Below are positions 10,483-20,230 of a stretch of 64,000 nt of DNA, one piece after another. The DNA is taken from positions 17,939-81,938 of the forward strand of contig JBBRWS010000004.1 in assembly GCA_038249055.1 (NCBI GenBank), written 5' to 3'. Made by a program: the position numbers and the translations under genes. The DNA comes from Minisyncoccia bacterium (lineage in GTDB: Bacteria > Patescibacteriota > Minisyncoccia > Phycocordibacterales > UBA9973). The notes beneath the pieces were generated by a model. It searched no databases. It saw nothing but the letters and a program-made list of their open reading frames with translations, and was not told the DNA's origin. Each line of letters starts with the position of its first letter. The first letter of the stretch is position 1.

Positions 10483-10932
10483 ATGGGAAAGATAAAAATT
10501 ATAACAAAAGAAGAAGATAAAAAGGAAGTTTTGGATAAAGTTCCAGAAGTAACACCTAAACCAGGTACAAAAGTTCCTAAGAAGAAGATTGTTTCAGGTA
10601 CTCTACACGTAGAGGCCACTTTTAATAATACAAAAATAGTCTTGTCAGATAAAGAAGGAAATACTTTATTTTGGACTTCAGCTGGAGCACTTGGATTCAA
10701 GGGAGCAAAAAAGGGTACACCTTTTGCTGCTTCAAAGGCAGGATCTGTAATAGGTGAAAAAGCTAAAGCACTTGGAATTAAAGAAGTAGATGTTAAAGTT
10801 AAAGGAGTAGGTAGTGGTCGTGAACCTACCATTCGTGCGTTTATGGCCTATGATATTGAAATTACAGGAGTAAACGACGTAACACCAGTTCCTCACAATG
10901 GTCCTAAACCTAAGAAGCCTCGTAGAGTATAA
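10483..10932 (+). CDS. rpsK: 30S ribosomal protein S11
   Basis: ATFNNT, GFKGAKKGTPFAA, DVTPVPHNG. Confidence 0.98.
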   Translation: MGKIKIITKEEDKKEVLDKVPEVTPKPGTKVPKKKIVSGTLHVEATFNNTKIVLSDKEGNTLFWTSAGALGFKGAKKGTPFAASKAGSVIGEKAKALGIKEVDVKVKGVGSGREPTIRAFMAYDIEITGVNDVTPVPHNGPKPKKPRRV

Positions 10933-10938
10933 AAAATT

Positions 10939-11547
10939 ATGAAAACAGTTCAAATGTATAAAATTTGCAGAAGACTTGGCCCTGGAGTGTTTGAAAAATG
11001 TCAAACAACTAAGTTTGCTATGTCCGAAGCTCGTCATGCTAAAAATTCAAAAGGGAAGCGTCCTAAACCTCTTTCTGGTTATGCTACTCAATTTATTGAA
11101 AAGCAAAAAGTTCGTTTTATGTATGGTATCAGTGAACGTCAGTTCTCTAACTATATTAAAGAAGCTGTAGACCACAAGGGTTCTCCTGCAACTGAATATC
11201 TTTTTGAATTATTAGAAAATAGACTAGACAACGTTGCTTACAGACTTGGTTTAACTCATTCTCGTCGTCTTTCTCGTCAAATGGTTTCTCATGGTCATAT
11301 CATTGTTAATGGAAAAAAGACAACAGTAGCATCACAAAGAGTACAAGTTGGAGACATTATTTCTATCCGTGAAGGTAGTAAAAAAAGTGTTCTATTCGCA
11401 GATATGGTAAACAAAATGAAAGATTATACATGTCCAAACTGGTTAACATTTAATGCTGAATCTCTTTCTGGAAAAATTCAAGGCAAACCTAAAAACATTG
11501 AGGGATATATTGACCTCAACACAGTATTAGAGTTTTATAGTCGTTAG
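10939..11547 (+). CDS. rpsD: 30S ribosomal protein S4
   Basis: EKQKVRFMYG, LENRLDNVAYRLG, QMVSHGHI, EFYSR. Confidence 0.98.
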   Translation: MKTVQMYKICRRLGPGVFEKCQTTKFAMSEARHAKNSKGKRPKPLSGYATQFIEKQKVRFMYGISERQFSNYIKEAVDHKGSPATEYLFELLENRLDNVAYRLGLTHSRRLSRQMVSHGHIIVNGKKTTVASQRVQVGDIISIREGSKKSVLFADMVNKMKDYTCPNWLTFNAESLSGKIQGKPKNIEGYIDLNTVLEFYSR

Positions 11548-11613
11548 ATTAGCTTATGGTTAATTTTTAATAAATAATTATGAAAGCTTCATGCTTTCCA
11601 ATATCATATAACT

Positions 11614-12591
11614 ATGTCTGATTTAAATATTATACTACCATCAAAATTATCTATTGTTTCTGAAGTAGGTACAAATGGTGTCTATGAAATAGATGGTCTT
11701 TATCCTGGGTATGGACATACTTTGGGTAATTCACTTCGACGTATTATTTTGTCATCTTTAACAGGAGCTGCTATTACATCAATTAAAATTGATGGAGTAG
11801 ATCATGAATTTTCAGTTATTGATGGTGTAAAAGAAGATGTTATAACGATTTTGCTTCATTTAAAGCAAGTTCGTTTTCGTTTAAATACTGATGAACCTCA
11901 AACTGTTAAACTTCAAGTAAAAGGACCTAAACTTATAACCGCAGGTGATATTGAAACTACAGGACAAGTTGAAATTTTAAATAATGATTTATATATTGCA
12001 GAAGTTACAGGTAAAAACGCTTTATCTATTGAAATGACAGTAGAAAAAGGTTTAGGTTTTATGCCAAAGGAAATGCACCAAAAGACTAAAAATGAAGTTG
12101 GTGTTATTTCTTTAGATGCAATATTTACACCAATTCGTCGTGTGTCTTATGAGGTAGAAAATATGCGCGTTGGAGATAAAACAAACCATAATCGTCTACG
12201 TATGACCATTGAAACAGATGGAACTTTAACACCACGTGAAGCTCTTGAAAAAGCTATCACTGTTATGGTAGAACAGTTACAAGCAATCGTTGGATTTACT
12301 GTCTCCCATAGAGTTATTGGTAAAGAAATAGAAAAAGAAGAGAAAAAAGATAAAAAAGAAGAAGTAGAAAAGGAAGAAACTAGTGAATTTACAGATATAC
12401 TTAAAACCAGAATTGATACCCTTGAATTATCTACTCGAACATTAAATTCTTTAACAGGTGCAAATATTAGAACAATAGGCGGAATTGCACGAAAAAAGAA
12501 GGAAGATTTATTAGAAATTGAAGGAATTGGAGATAAAGGTATTCAAGAAATCAAAAAAGTCCTTAGTGTTTATGGAATAACACTTAAATAA
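11614..12591 (+). CDS. rpoA: RNA polymerase alpha subunit
   Basis: GYGHTLGNSLRRIILSS, HEFSVIDGVKEDV, alpha-CTD. Confidence 0.98.
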   Translation: MSDLNIILPSKLSIVSEVGTNGVYEIDGLYPGYGHTLGNSLRRIILSSLTGAAITSIKIDGVDHEFSVIDGVKEDVITILLHLKQVRFRLNTDEPQTVKLQVKGPKLITAGDIETTGQVEILNNDLYIAEVTGKNALSIEMTVEKGLGFMPKEMHQKTKNEVGVISLDAIFTPIRRVSYEVENMRVGDKTNHNRLRMTIETDGTLTPREALEKAITVMVEQLQAIVGFTVSHRVIGKEIEKEEKKDKKEEVEKEETSEFTDILKTRIDTLELSTRTLNSLTGANIRTIGGIARKKKEDLLEIEGIGDKGIQEIKKVLSVYGITLK

Positions 12592-12618
12592 TTAGTAATT
12601 AGTAATAAGTAATAATAT

Positions 12619-12972
12619 ATGAGACACGGTAATAATGTACGAAAATTTGGAAGAAACAAGAATCAGCGCCACGCTCTGTTAAAGGGTCTTATGTTAGCGC
12701 TTATTGCTCATGGAAAGATACAAACTACAGAGGCTAAGGCTAAAGAGCTTCGTCCTTCTATTGAAAAGATGGTTACAAAGGCCAATATTGGTACATTAGC
12801 ATCTAGACGTTTAGTTATATCACGTTTGTATAACCTTACAGCTGAAGCAAATAAATTGATTGATGATATCGCACCAAAATACAAAGGCAGAACTGGTGGT
12901 TATACTCGCATTACCAAACTTCCACGTCGAGAGGGAGATGCAAGTAAAATGGCAATAATCGAATTTATATAA
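12619..12972 (+). CDS. rplQ: 50S ribosomal protein L17
   Basis: MRHG..RKFGR, IQTTEAKAKELR, GGYTRI. Confidence 0.98.
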   Translation: MRHGNNVRKFGRNKNQRHALLKGLMLALIAHGKIQTTEAKAKELRPSIEKMVTKANIGTLASRRLVISRLYNLTAEANKLIDDIAPKYKGRTGGYTRITKLPRREGDASKMAIIEFI

Positions 12973-12977
12973 TATTT

Positions 12978-13328
12978 ATGACTACTACACATACAATTGA
13001 TGCAGAAGGTAAGACATTGGGTTTTGTTGCAAGTGCAACAGCTAAAATTCTTATGGGCAAAAATTCTACGGACTATGTTCCAAACAAAGTTGCAGATGTT
13101 CTTGTTATTATCAAAAATGCTAGTAAAACAAAAACAACTGAACGCCGAATGAAAGATACTTTACACGAAACATATTCAGGACAACCAGGTGGTTTCAAAA
13201 CAAAAACAAACGAAAAGATTTTAGATACAAAAGGATGGAAGGGATTATATGAATTAGCTGTATACGGAATGCTTCCTTCAAACAAATTAAGACCACTAAT
13301 GATGAAGCGTTTAACAATAAAAGATTAA
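12978..13328 (+). CDS. rplM: 50S ribosomal protein L13
   Basis: IDAEGKTLG, YSGQPGG, AVYGMLP; precedes rpsI. Confidence 0.95.
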   Translation: MTTTHTIDAEGKTLGFVASATAKILMGKNSTDYVPNKVADVLVIIKNASKTKTTERRMKDTLHETYSGQPGGFKTKTNEKILDTKGWKGLYELAVYGMLPSNKLRPLMMKRLTIKD

Positions 13329-13336
13329 TAAATATC

Positions 13337-13747
13337 ATGGAAAAAAAATCAACAACAAAAGAATACTTTAGAGCCATCGGACGCCGCAAGACTGCTACCG
13401 CTGTTGTTCGTCTTTATAAAGCTGCAAAAAATACTTATTCTATAAATGGTAAAGATTTAACTGAATATTTTAAAACTGCTGATTTAAAAAAGATCGTAAC
13501 TTCTGCTTTTGAGACTGCAACTCCAGCTGAAAAATTTGAAGTTGTTGTAACAACTAAAGGAGGAGGAATTCATTCACAAGCTGAAGCAGTTCGTCATGGT
13601 ATTTCAAGAGCTTTAGTTCTTCAAGATGGAGAACTACGTGGAGTATTAAAGAAGGCAAAAATGCTTAAACGTGACCCCCGTGTTGTTGAAAGAAAGAAAT
13701 TCGGACTTAAAAAGGCTCGTAAGTCTCCACAATGGTCAAAACGTTAA
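13337..13747 (+). CDS. rpsI: 30S ribosomal protein S9
   Basis: GRRKTATA, GGGIHSQAEAVRHGISRAL, RDPRVVERKKFGLKKARKSPQWSKR. Confidence 0.98.
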   Translation: MEKKSTTKEYFRAIGRRKTATAVVRLYKAAKNTYSINGKDLTEYFKTADLKKIVTSAFETATPAEKFEVVVTTKGGGIHSQAEAVRHGISRALVLQDGELRGVLKKAKMLKRDPRVVERKKFGLKKARKSPQWSKR

Positions 13748-13754
13748 TATTGAT

Positions 13755-13778
13755 AAAAGCCCCATCTGGGGCTTTTTG
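13755..13778 (+). terminator. Intrinsic terminator of ribosomal protein operon
   Basis: aaaagcccc-atct-ggggctttt. Confidence 0.8.
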
Positions 13779-13850
13779 ATTATTAAATTTTACATTGTAT
13801 AATACTAGAATGTATAAAAATTTAAATTATTATTAATATAATAAAAAAAT

Positions 13851-14420
13851 ATGAATGATGAAGAAATAAAAAATGAAGATATTGATGATGTAACTTTTGT
13901 TGAAAGCACAGAAGATGGTGAAGCTTTACCTTCAAAAGATATAGTAAAGAAATTAAGAGATGATTTAAAACTTTGTCGCAAAGAGAAAGAAGATTATTTA
14001 GTTGGATGGCAGAGAGCCAAAGCAGATTATATAAATCTTCAAAAAGAACTTGATTTAGCGAGGGTTAATATTTCAATTCTAACTAAACAGAAAATGGTAG
14101 AAAAAATACTCCCAGCCTTAGATAGTTTTGAAATGGCATTTTCCAATAAAGAACATTGGGAAAGTTTAGATAAAGACTGGAGATTAGGAATAGAATCTAT
14201 TTATCAACAATTTGTTTCCGGTTTAAGTATTTCGGGTGTGGAAAAAATTGATGAAATTAATGTAAATTTTGATCCTAATATTCATCAGTCTATAAGTATT
14301 ATAGAAACAAACGAAGAATCAAAAGACCATACAATAGAGAAAGTTCTTCAAGTTGGATATAAAATAGGTGATAGAGTTATTCGTCCCGCAAAAGTAACTA
14401 TTTACGAATACAAGAATTAA
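13851..14420 (+). CDS. grpE: Nucleotide exchange factor GrpE
   Basis: WQRAKADYIN, FDPNIHQSI, LQVGYKIGDRVIRPAKV. Confidence 0.96.
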   Translation: MNDEEIKNEDIDDVTFVESTEDGEALPSKDIVKKLRDDLKLCRKEKEDYLVGWQRAKADYINLQKELDLARVNISILTKQKMVEKILPALDSFEMAFSNKEHWESLDKDWRLGIESIYQQFVSGLSISGVEKIDEINVNFDPNIHQSISIIETNEESKDHTIEKVLQVGYKIGDRVIRPAKVTIYEYKN

Positions 14421-14485
14421 TTTTTAGTTGCTAGTTTATAGTGACTAGAAAAATACACATATCAGCCATGGCTGATATGTGTATT

Positions 14486-15043
14486 TTAGTTATTTTTCTT
14501 AAAACAAAGTGATAAAAATTCTTTTTTAGTTAGTTCATCAATTTTATCTGTAACTATTATCATCATTTCCGTGGTAAGATTTAAATCATTTTTTATATTT
14601 GTAAATAAATTTTCATATGGATACATAGAAATCCAAACGGAATTTTTAATACAAATAAACCAAGCTTTTTTTAGTAGATAACGTAATGCTTCACGTTCAC
14701 TTTTTCTATCTTCAGGAAGATCAAGAATAATGATTCTCCAATATCCATCCCAATCATTAGATATAAGTGTAGTATCATTATCTATTGCATTGTTATTAAC
14801 TCGCTTTTTACCTTCATTAGACAATCTATAGTAAGGCTGATAATCAGACTGGAAACACTCCACAAGGCCATCAGTGGTTAGATTCTTTATTGAGCGGGAT
14901 ATTGCGTATTCAGGCTTATTTTTGCTTGTATGGAGGTCTTTTATAGTTTTTTCAACCTCTTTTTTGAGAAAATCAAAAGAAACTGCCTTTTTGCCGGTTA
15001 AAGTTTTGAATATTGCCCTTTGAATTGAGGTCTTTTGAGCCAT
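14486..15043 (-). CDS. PaaX-like transcriptional regulator (wHTH plus Cas2-like ferredoxin domain)
   Basis: YYRLSNEGK wing, WDGYWRIIILDLPEDRKSEREALRYLL...IKNSVWISMYP. Confidence 0.8.
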   Translation of the reverse strand: MAQKTSIQRAIFKTLTGKKAVSFDFLKKEVEKTIKDLHTSKNKPEYAISRSIKNLTTDGLVECFQSDYQPYYRLSNEGKKRVNNNAIDNDTTLISNDWDGYWRIIILDLPEDRKSEREALRYLLKKAWFICIKNSVWISMYPYENLFTNIKNDLNLTTEMMIIVTDKIDELTKKEFLSLCFKKNN

Positions 15044-15144
15044 GTTGTGTATTATATCACTATTCGTGTATTATACAATAGTTTTGCGGTCACGAAATAC
15101 TTGTCAAAATAAAAAGGTAGGTGTATACTATATGCGTGTTTTGG

Positions 15145-15270
15145 ATTTTTAAAAATATAAAATAGCTTTTTTCAAAATACGCACATAATTTTCTACTGAA
15201 AATTTGTTATGCTCGGGCCGTCGCCCTCCGCAATGTATTTTTCAAAAACTATTTTATTTTTTTTAAAAAT
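15145..15270. repeat. Structured intergenic repeat, copy 2
   Basis: Core CGCACATAATTTTCTACTGAAAATTTGTTATGCTC-GGGC-cgtc-GCCC-TCCGCAATG within an AT-rich outer inverted repeat. Confidence 0.85.
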
Positions 15271-15364
15271 TTATAAATTTATTATCAAAACATTATTAAT
15301 TATCTGGTTTAGTTTTTATTTCTAGTCACTAGAAACTAACTACTAGAACCTAATCAAAAAATAT

Positions 15365-17257
15365 ATGAGTAAAATTATAGGTATAGACTTGGGTACAACA
15401 AATAGTGCATTCGCAATTATAGAAGGTGGTCAACCAAAAATATTAGAAAATATTGAAGGAGCTCGTACAACACCTTCTGTTGTTACTGTTACAAAAAATG
15501 GTGATCGTATGGTTGGTTTACTTGCTAAGCGTCAAGCCATAACGAATCCAGAAAATACTGTTTATGGTATTAAGCGTTTCATTGGTCACTTGTTTGATGA
15601 CCCTGAAATACAGAAGGATGACAAAATGACTCCTTATAAAATTCAAAAAGGAACTACAGGTGGAGTTGAAGTAAAACTTGGAGAACAATGGTTACGACCA
15701 GAAGAAATATCCGCAAAGATTTTAGGAAAACTTAAAGCAGATGCAGAAGCAAAACTAGGAGAAAAAATTACAGAAGCAGTTATTACTGTTCCTGCTTATT
15801 TTAACGATGCTCAAAGAAAAGCAACTAAAGATGCAGGTATTATCGCAGGGTTGGATGTTAAACGTATTATAAATGAACCAACTGCAGCAGCTCTTGCTTA
15901 TGGTTTTAATACAAAGAAAAATGAAAAAATAGTTGTTTATGACTTTGGGGGTGGAACTTTTGATGTCTCTGTTCTTGAAGTTGGAGATGATGTTATTGAA
16001 GTTAAATCAACTGACGGTGACTCACACATGGGAGGTGAAGATATAGATCAAAAAATAGTTAAATGGATTGCCGATGAATACAGAAAAGAATCAGGTATTG
16101 ATGTAACAAAAGATGTTCTTGCCCTTCAGCGTCTTAAAGAAGCAGCTGAAAAAGCTAAGCACGAACTTTCTACAACAATGGAATCAGAAATAAATATTCC
16201 GTTTATTACATCTGATGCTTCTGGTCCAAAACATTTACTTTTGAAAATGACACGTGCAACTCTCGAATCATTAACTGAGGAATATGTTACTCGCTCAATT
16301 GAAATAACAAAGAGAGCTGTTGAAGCTTCACCATTTAAAATGAATGAAATTAATGAAATCATTTTAGTCGGTGGTCAAACCAGAATGCCAGCCATCGTTG
16401 AAGCTGTAAAGAAGTTATTCGGTAAAGAACCAAATCGTTCTATAAATCCCGATGAAGTTGTTGCTCTTGGTGCCGCTGTTCAAGCTGGAGTTTTACAAGG
16501 TGATGTTCGTGATGTTTTACTTCTAGATGTTATTCCATTATCACTTGGTATTGAAACACTAGGAGGAGTTTCTACAAAGCTTGTAGAGCGCAATACAACT
16601 ATTCCTAGTTCAAAATCTCAGACATTTTCTACTGCTGCTGACAATCAGACTGCTGTAGATATTCATATAACTCAAGGAGAAAGACCAATGGCCTCAGATA
16701 ATAAATCCCTCGGTAAATTTATTTTAGATGGAATTCCACCAGCACCACGAGGTATGCCACAAATTGAAGTTACTTTTGATGTTGATGCAAATGGTATATT
16801 GAATGTAAAAGCAAAAGATAAAGCTTCAGGCAAAGAACAATCAATCCGTATTGAAGCAAGTTCAGGACTAACTGAGGCTGATATAAAGAAAATGAGAGAA
16901 GAAGCTGAACTTCATGCAGATGAAGATGCAAAGAAAAAAGAATTAGCTGATGAAAAAAATACTGCAGAAATGATGATATTCTCTGCTGAAAAATCATTAA
17001 AAGAATATGGTGACAAAGTTGCTCCAGAAATTAAAACTTCAGTTGAAGAAAAATTAGCAGCAGTTAGAACAGCCAAAGAAGGCTCAGATATTTCTGTTAT
17101 AAAAGCAGCTATCGAAGCACTTTCAACGGAACTTTCAAAAATTGGGGAAGCTATGGCAAAAGAAGCACCTGCTGCTGGTCAAGCAGAAACAACTACTGAA
17201 CCTCAAAGTGAAGAAATAAAAGATGCAGAAGTAAAAGAAGGAGGAGAACAAAAATAA
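15365..17257 (+). CDS. dnaK: Chaperone DnaK
   Basis: [34 protein letters not shown]. Confidence 0.99.
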   Translation: MSKIIGIDLGTTNSAFAIIEGGQPKILENIEGARTTPSVVTVTKNGDRMVGLLAKRQAITNPENTVYGIKRFIGHLFDDPEIQKDDKMTPYKIQKGTTGGVEVKLGEQWLRPEEISAKILGKLKADAEAKLGEKITEAVITVPAYFNDAQRKATKDAGIIAGLDVKRIINEPTAAALAYGFNTKKNEKIVVYDFGGGTFDVSVLEVGDDVIEVKSTDGDSHMGGEDIDQKIVKWIADEYRKESGIDVTKDVLALQRLKEAAEKAKHELSTTMESEINIPFITSDASGPKHLLLKMTRATLESLTEEYVTRSIEITKRAVEASPFKMNEINEIILVGGQTRMPAIVEAVKKLFGKEPNRSINPDEVVALGAAVQAGVLQGDVRDVLLLDVIPLSLGIETLGGVSTKLVERNTTIPSSKSQTFSTAADNQTAVDIHITQGERPMASDNKSLGKFILDGIPPAPRGMPQIEVTFDVDANGILNVKAKDKASGKEQSIRIEASSGLTEADIKKMREEAELHADEDAKKKELADEKNTAEMMIFSAEKSLKEYGDKVAPEIKTSVEEKLAAVRTAKEGSDISVIKAAIEALSTELSKIGEAMAKEAPAAGQAETTTEPQSEEIKDAEVKEGGEQK

Positions 17258-17274
17258 AACAAGAATAAATATTT

Positions 17275-17475
17275 ATAGACTTCTAAAAATAGCTTCTCTC
17301 TTCGGGTACGAAAATTTTTTGCTAAAAATTTTCTGAAATACTCGCGCCGACGCGCTCGCAACTTCTTACAGAAGCAGTATACCTTTCACATTTTGATTAC
17401 AAAATGTTCAAGGTCTTGCGTTATGGGTCTCTACCCATAACTCACCCGAATAGAGAACTATTTTTATCCGTCTAT
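17275..17475. repeat. Multi-hairpin intergenic element, longer relative of the structured repeat
   Basis: Outer stem aaaaatagcttctctcttcgggt/acccgaatagagaactattttt; internal gaaaattttt..aaaaattttc and CTC-GCGC-cgac-GCGC-TCGCAA hairpins. Confidence 0.7.
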
Positions 17476-17496
17476 ATATTTATGCTATTATAAAAT

Positions 17497-18588
17497 ATGC
17501 CTAAAAATTATTACGAAACACTCGGTGTAGAAAAAAATGCCACAAAAGATGAAATAAAAAAAGCATTTCATAAAATGGCACATAAATATCATCCAGACAA
17601 AAACAAAGGCGATGATAAAAAATTTAAAGAAGTGAATGAAGCTCATCAGGTTCTTTCTGATGATCAAAAACGTGCTAAATATGATCAATTTGGCTCTGCT
17701 GATGGTCCTTCTATGGGTGGTGGTTCTTATGGTAACCAAGGTGATGGATTTGGCGGATTTGATTTCTCTGGTTTTCAAAATGGCCAAGGTTTTGATATGG
17801 GTGATTTAGGAGATATTTTTGGGGATATGTTTTCTGGTGGAATGGGCAGAAGTTCAAAGAGTGCTCGTCGTGGAAGGGATATACAAACTGAAATTGATTT
17901 ATCTTTTGAGGAGTCTATTTTTGGAGTGGTTAAAAATGTAAATATTTCCAAACAATCCACTTGTGAAATATGCAAAGGTACTGGTGGAAAAATAGGATCA
18001 AAAATGAATACATGTAATACATGTAAAGGGCAAGGAAAAGTTCGAGAAATTAAACGCTCAATACTTGGTAGTTTTGAAACAGTGAAAGTTTGTGATACTT
18101 GTTTAGGAAGTGGAAAAATTCCTTCTGAAAAATGTTCAACTTGTAAGGGTGCTGGAGTTTATAAAAAACAAAAAGAATTAGAATTAAATATTCCTGCTGG
18201 TATTAACAATGGAGAAATGCTTAAAATGGCAGGTGCCGGTGAGGATATTCAAGGAGGTCCATCGGGTGATTTATATATAAAAGTTCATGTTAAGCCTCAT
18301 CATTTATTTAAACGTGATGGCTTAAATTTAACTATGGATTTGTCTATAAAACTTACAGAAGCTCTCCTAGGAACAGTTTACAGTCTGAAGACCTTAGAGG
18401 GAAATACTGTGGATATTAAAATACCTGAAGGAATAAATCATAATGAATTACTTCGAGTTAGAGGAAAAGGAGTACCATCAAGTCGTGGTAGAGGAGATAT
18501 AATACTGAAGATTATAGTTAAAATGCCGTCAAAAATTTCTCATAAATCAAAAGAATTAATTGAGGAGTTGAAAAAAGAAGGTATTTAA
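17497..18588 (+). CDS. dnaJ: Chaperone DnaJ
   Basis: HPD J-domain, G/F region, four CxxCxGxG repeats. Confidence 0.98.
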   Translation: MPKNYYETLGVEKNATKDEIKKAFHKMAHKYHPDKNKGDDKKFKEVNEAHQVLSDDQKRAKYDQFGSADGPSMGGGSYGNQGDGFGGFDFSGFQNGQGFDMGDLGDIFGDMFSGGMGRSSKSARRGRDIQTEIDLSFEESIFGVVKNVNISKQSTCEICKGTGGKIGSKMNTCNTCKGQGKVREIKRSILGSFETVKVCDTCLGSGKIPSEKCSTCKGAGVYKKQKELELNIPAGINNGEMLKMAGAGEDIQGGPSGDLYIKVHVKPHHLFKRDGLNLTMDLSIKLTEALLGTVYSLKTLEGNTVDIKIPEGINHNELLRVRGKGVPSSRGRGDIILKIIVKMPSKISHKSKELIEELKKEGI

Positions 18589-18599
18589 TTTTATCCACG

Positions 18600-18782
18600 T
18601 TGACTTATTTTTTGTAGATGATATAAAGAAACTATGTATACATTTGTACAAACACATATAGAGAACCGTACAAGATCAATCTTAAAATTTGAGATCGCTT
18701 GTGAGTGTTTGTATATTTAATAAATTTTAAAAACCAACTTTCAAAAGCGACCTCAATAAAAAAGGTCGCTTTTGTTCTTTTT
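18600..18782 (+). promoter_or_regulatory. Putative leader-peptide transcription attenuator (uORF 18634-18720) upstream of GNAT gene
   Basis: TTGACT...TATAAA promoter-like; 28-aa uORF MYTFVQTHIENRTRSILKFEIACECLYI*; terminator caaaagcgacct/aggtcgcttttg+T; uORF segment GAGATCGCTTGTGA complementary (2 mismatches) to terminator 5' arm. Confidence 0.6.
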
Positions 18783-18917
18783 GGTTGATATATATCAATT
18801 TTGAATCAGATACTAGGTATATGATTCAAAGAGGAGTTTATAAAACTTCTAAAATAAAATTTATAAAAGGTAATGAACTTCCTTTGAATAGTTCTTTAAA
18901 AAATAAATATAACTGAT

Positions 18918-19454
18918 ATGATTAGATATGAAAGTTTTACCAGTTTTGATTTAAAAAATTCAAAACTGAGAGGGTATTTTAAATGGTGGTCAAATAAAAC
19001 CTTTAAGGAACCTCGTATGCTTAATAGAACGGTTAAATTCTTCAAGGAAAATTTAATTTTTGCTGTTTTTGCTTTCAGTGATGAAGTTCTTATAGGAGCA
19101 GCTGGACTTATTCCTTGTGTAAACAGACATAAAGAAAAAATGTTTCAGGATGAAATGCTTGTTGTTGAATTCGCTTCAAATTTTGTTGATTCCAATTTTA
19201 GAGATCAGCATATTGGGACCGAATTAGTAAACATAAGACGTTCATTTTGTATTGAAAGGAAGTTACTCGCCGTTATTGTAACTGGAAGTAGTGAAATTAA
19301 AGCCATTTTAGCTCATTATGCTGTTCCAATGAAGGGTATTAAAAAGTATTCTCATATTTACAATGAAGTTCGTATTTGCGAATGCACCGAAGAAGAGAAA
19401 TTGAATTGTAAAAATTGCCCCTTGAAAGATAAAGCAATTTGGGTGTTTGTTTAA
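18918..19454 (+). CDS. GNAT-family N-acetyltransferase with C-terminal Cys cluster
   Basis: Motif A FVDSNFRDQHIGTELV; CEC...CKNC. Confidence 0.75.
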   Translation: MIRYESFTSFDLKNSKLRGYFKWWSNKTFKEPRMLNRTVKFFKENLIFAVFAFSDEVLIGAAGLIPCVNRHKEKMFQDEMLVVEFASNFVDSNFRDQHIGTELVNIRRSFCIERKLLAVIVTGSSEIKAILAHYAVPMKGIKKYSHIYNEVRICECTEEEKLNCKNCPLKDKAIWVFV

Positions 19455-19546
19455 GGATTTTTTAATATACATTGACATTTTATTAAAATGTTGTTATTAT
19501 TTTTCATAAATAATAACGTATATTTAAATAACTTAAATCAAACTAA

Positions 19547-20095
19547 ATGGAACTTTTAGCAGAATTAATTGAAGAAAAATGCCAATTTTTAAGGAAAAGA
19601 ATTGATCATTTAGATGGAAATTATTTACTTAGTTCTCAATTTGTTACCTTTGAAAATAATATTAAAATTCAAGGTGAGCAATTGCAAATAGGTAATGTTG
19701 TTGCAAGAAGAATTAATTGGAATGAGAGGGTTAAAAATCTTATTAAATCCGGTTTTTCATCTCCCGATATTATTAATGCTCTTACTTCAAATCAGGATAA
19801 TGTGGCTGAGTCTTTTCTTATCGGAAAAATTTATCTTAATTCAAATACCAACGTAGGTGCTGAAATTGATTTAATTCGCAAGTACGTGAGAGGTATTTTA
19901 TCAAGAGAATATCTTTTATGCTTCTACACTTTATCTTTTAAAAATGATAAGTATAGATTGATGGAGGAGACTTCAGACTGGGAAAACGGGATCACACTTA
20001 TTGCAAGAAGTATATATGATTTTGAAAAAAACCCTACAAGTTTTATTAACGATCGTATCAAAAAATGGCAAACTAAAGAAAAAGAACCCTTGTGA
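19547..20095 (+). CDS. Hypothetical protein
   Basis: 182-aa ORF with own TTGACA...TATTAT promoter-like sequence; no family recognised. Confidence 0.6.
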   Translation: MELLAELIEEKCQFLRKRIDHLDGNYLLSSQFVTFENNIKIQGEQLQIGNVVARRINWNERVKNLIKSGFSSPDIINALTSNQDNVAESFLIGKIYLNSNTNVGAEIDLIRKYVRGILSREYLLCFYTLSFKNDKYRLMEETSDWENGITLIARSIYDFEKNPTSFINDRIKKWQTKEKEPL

Positions 20096-20230
20096 AAGCA
20101 AGAGGTTCTTTTTAATTATAATTTTCTTTACAAATTCTCTCATTTTGTTATCATATTCTCTATTACTATTATTTATCACAGGCCGAAGGTACTCTGAGTA
20201 ATCTCAAAGTGCACAAAGGCTTGGAATGAG

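Noticed and set aside
14486-15043. Possible Cas2 / CRISPR locus
   Set aside because: The Cas2-like fold is part of a PaaX-like regulator; no cas1 and no repeat-spacer array seen in the window
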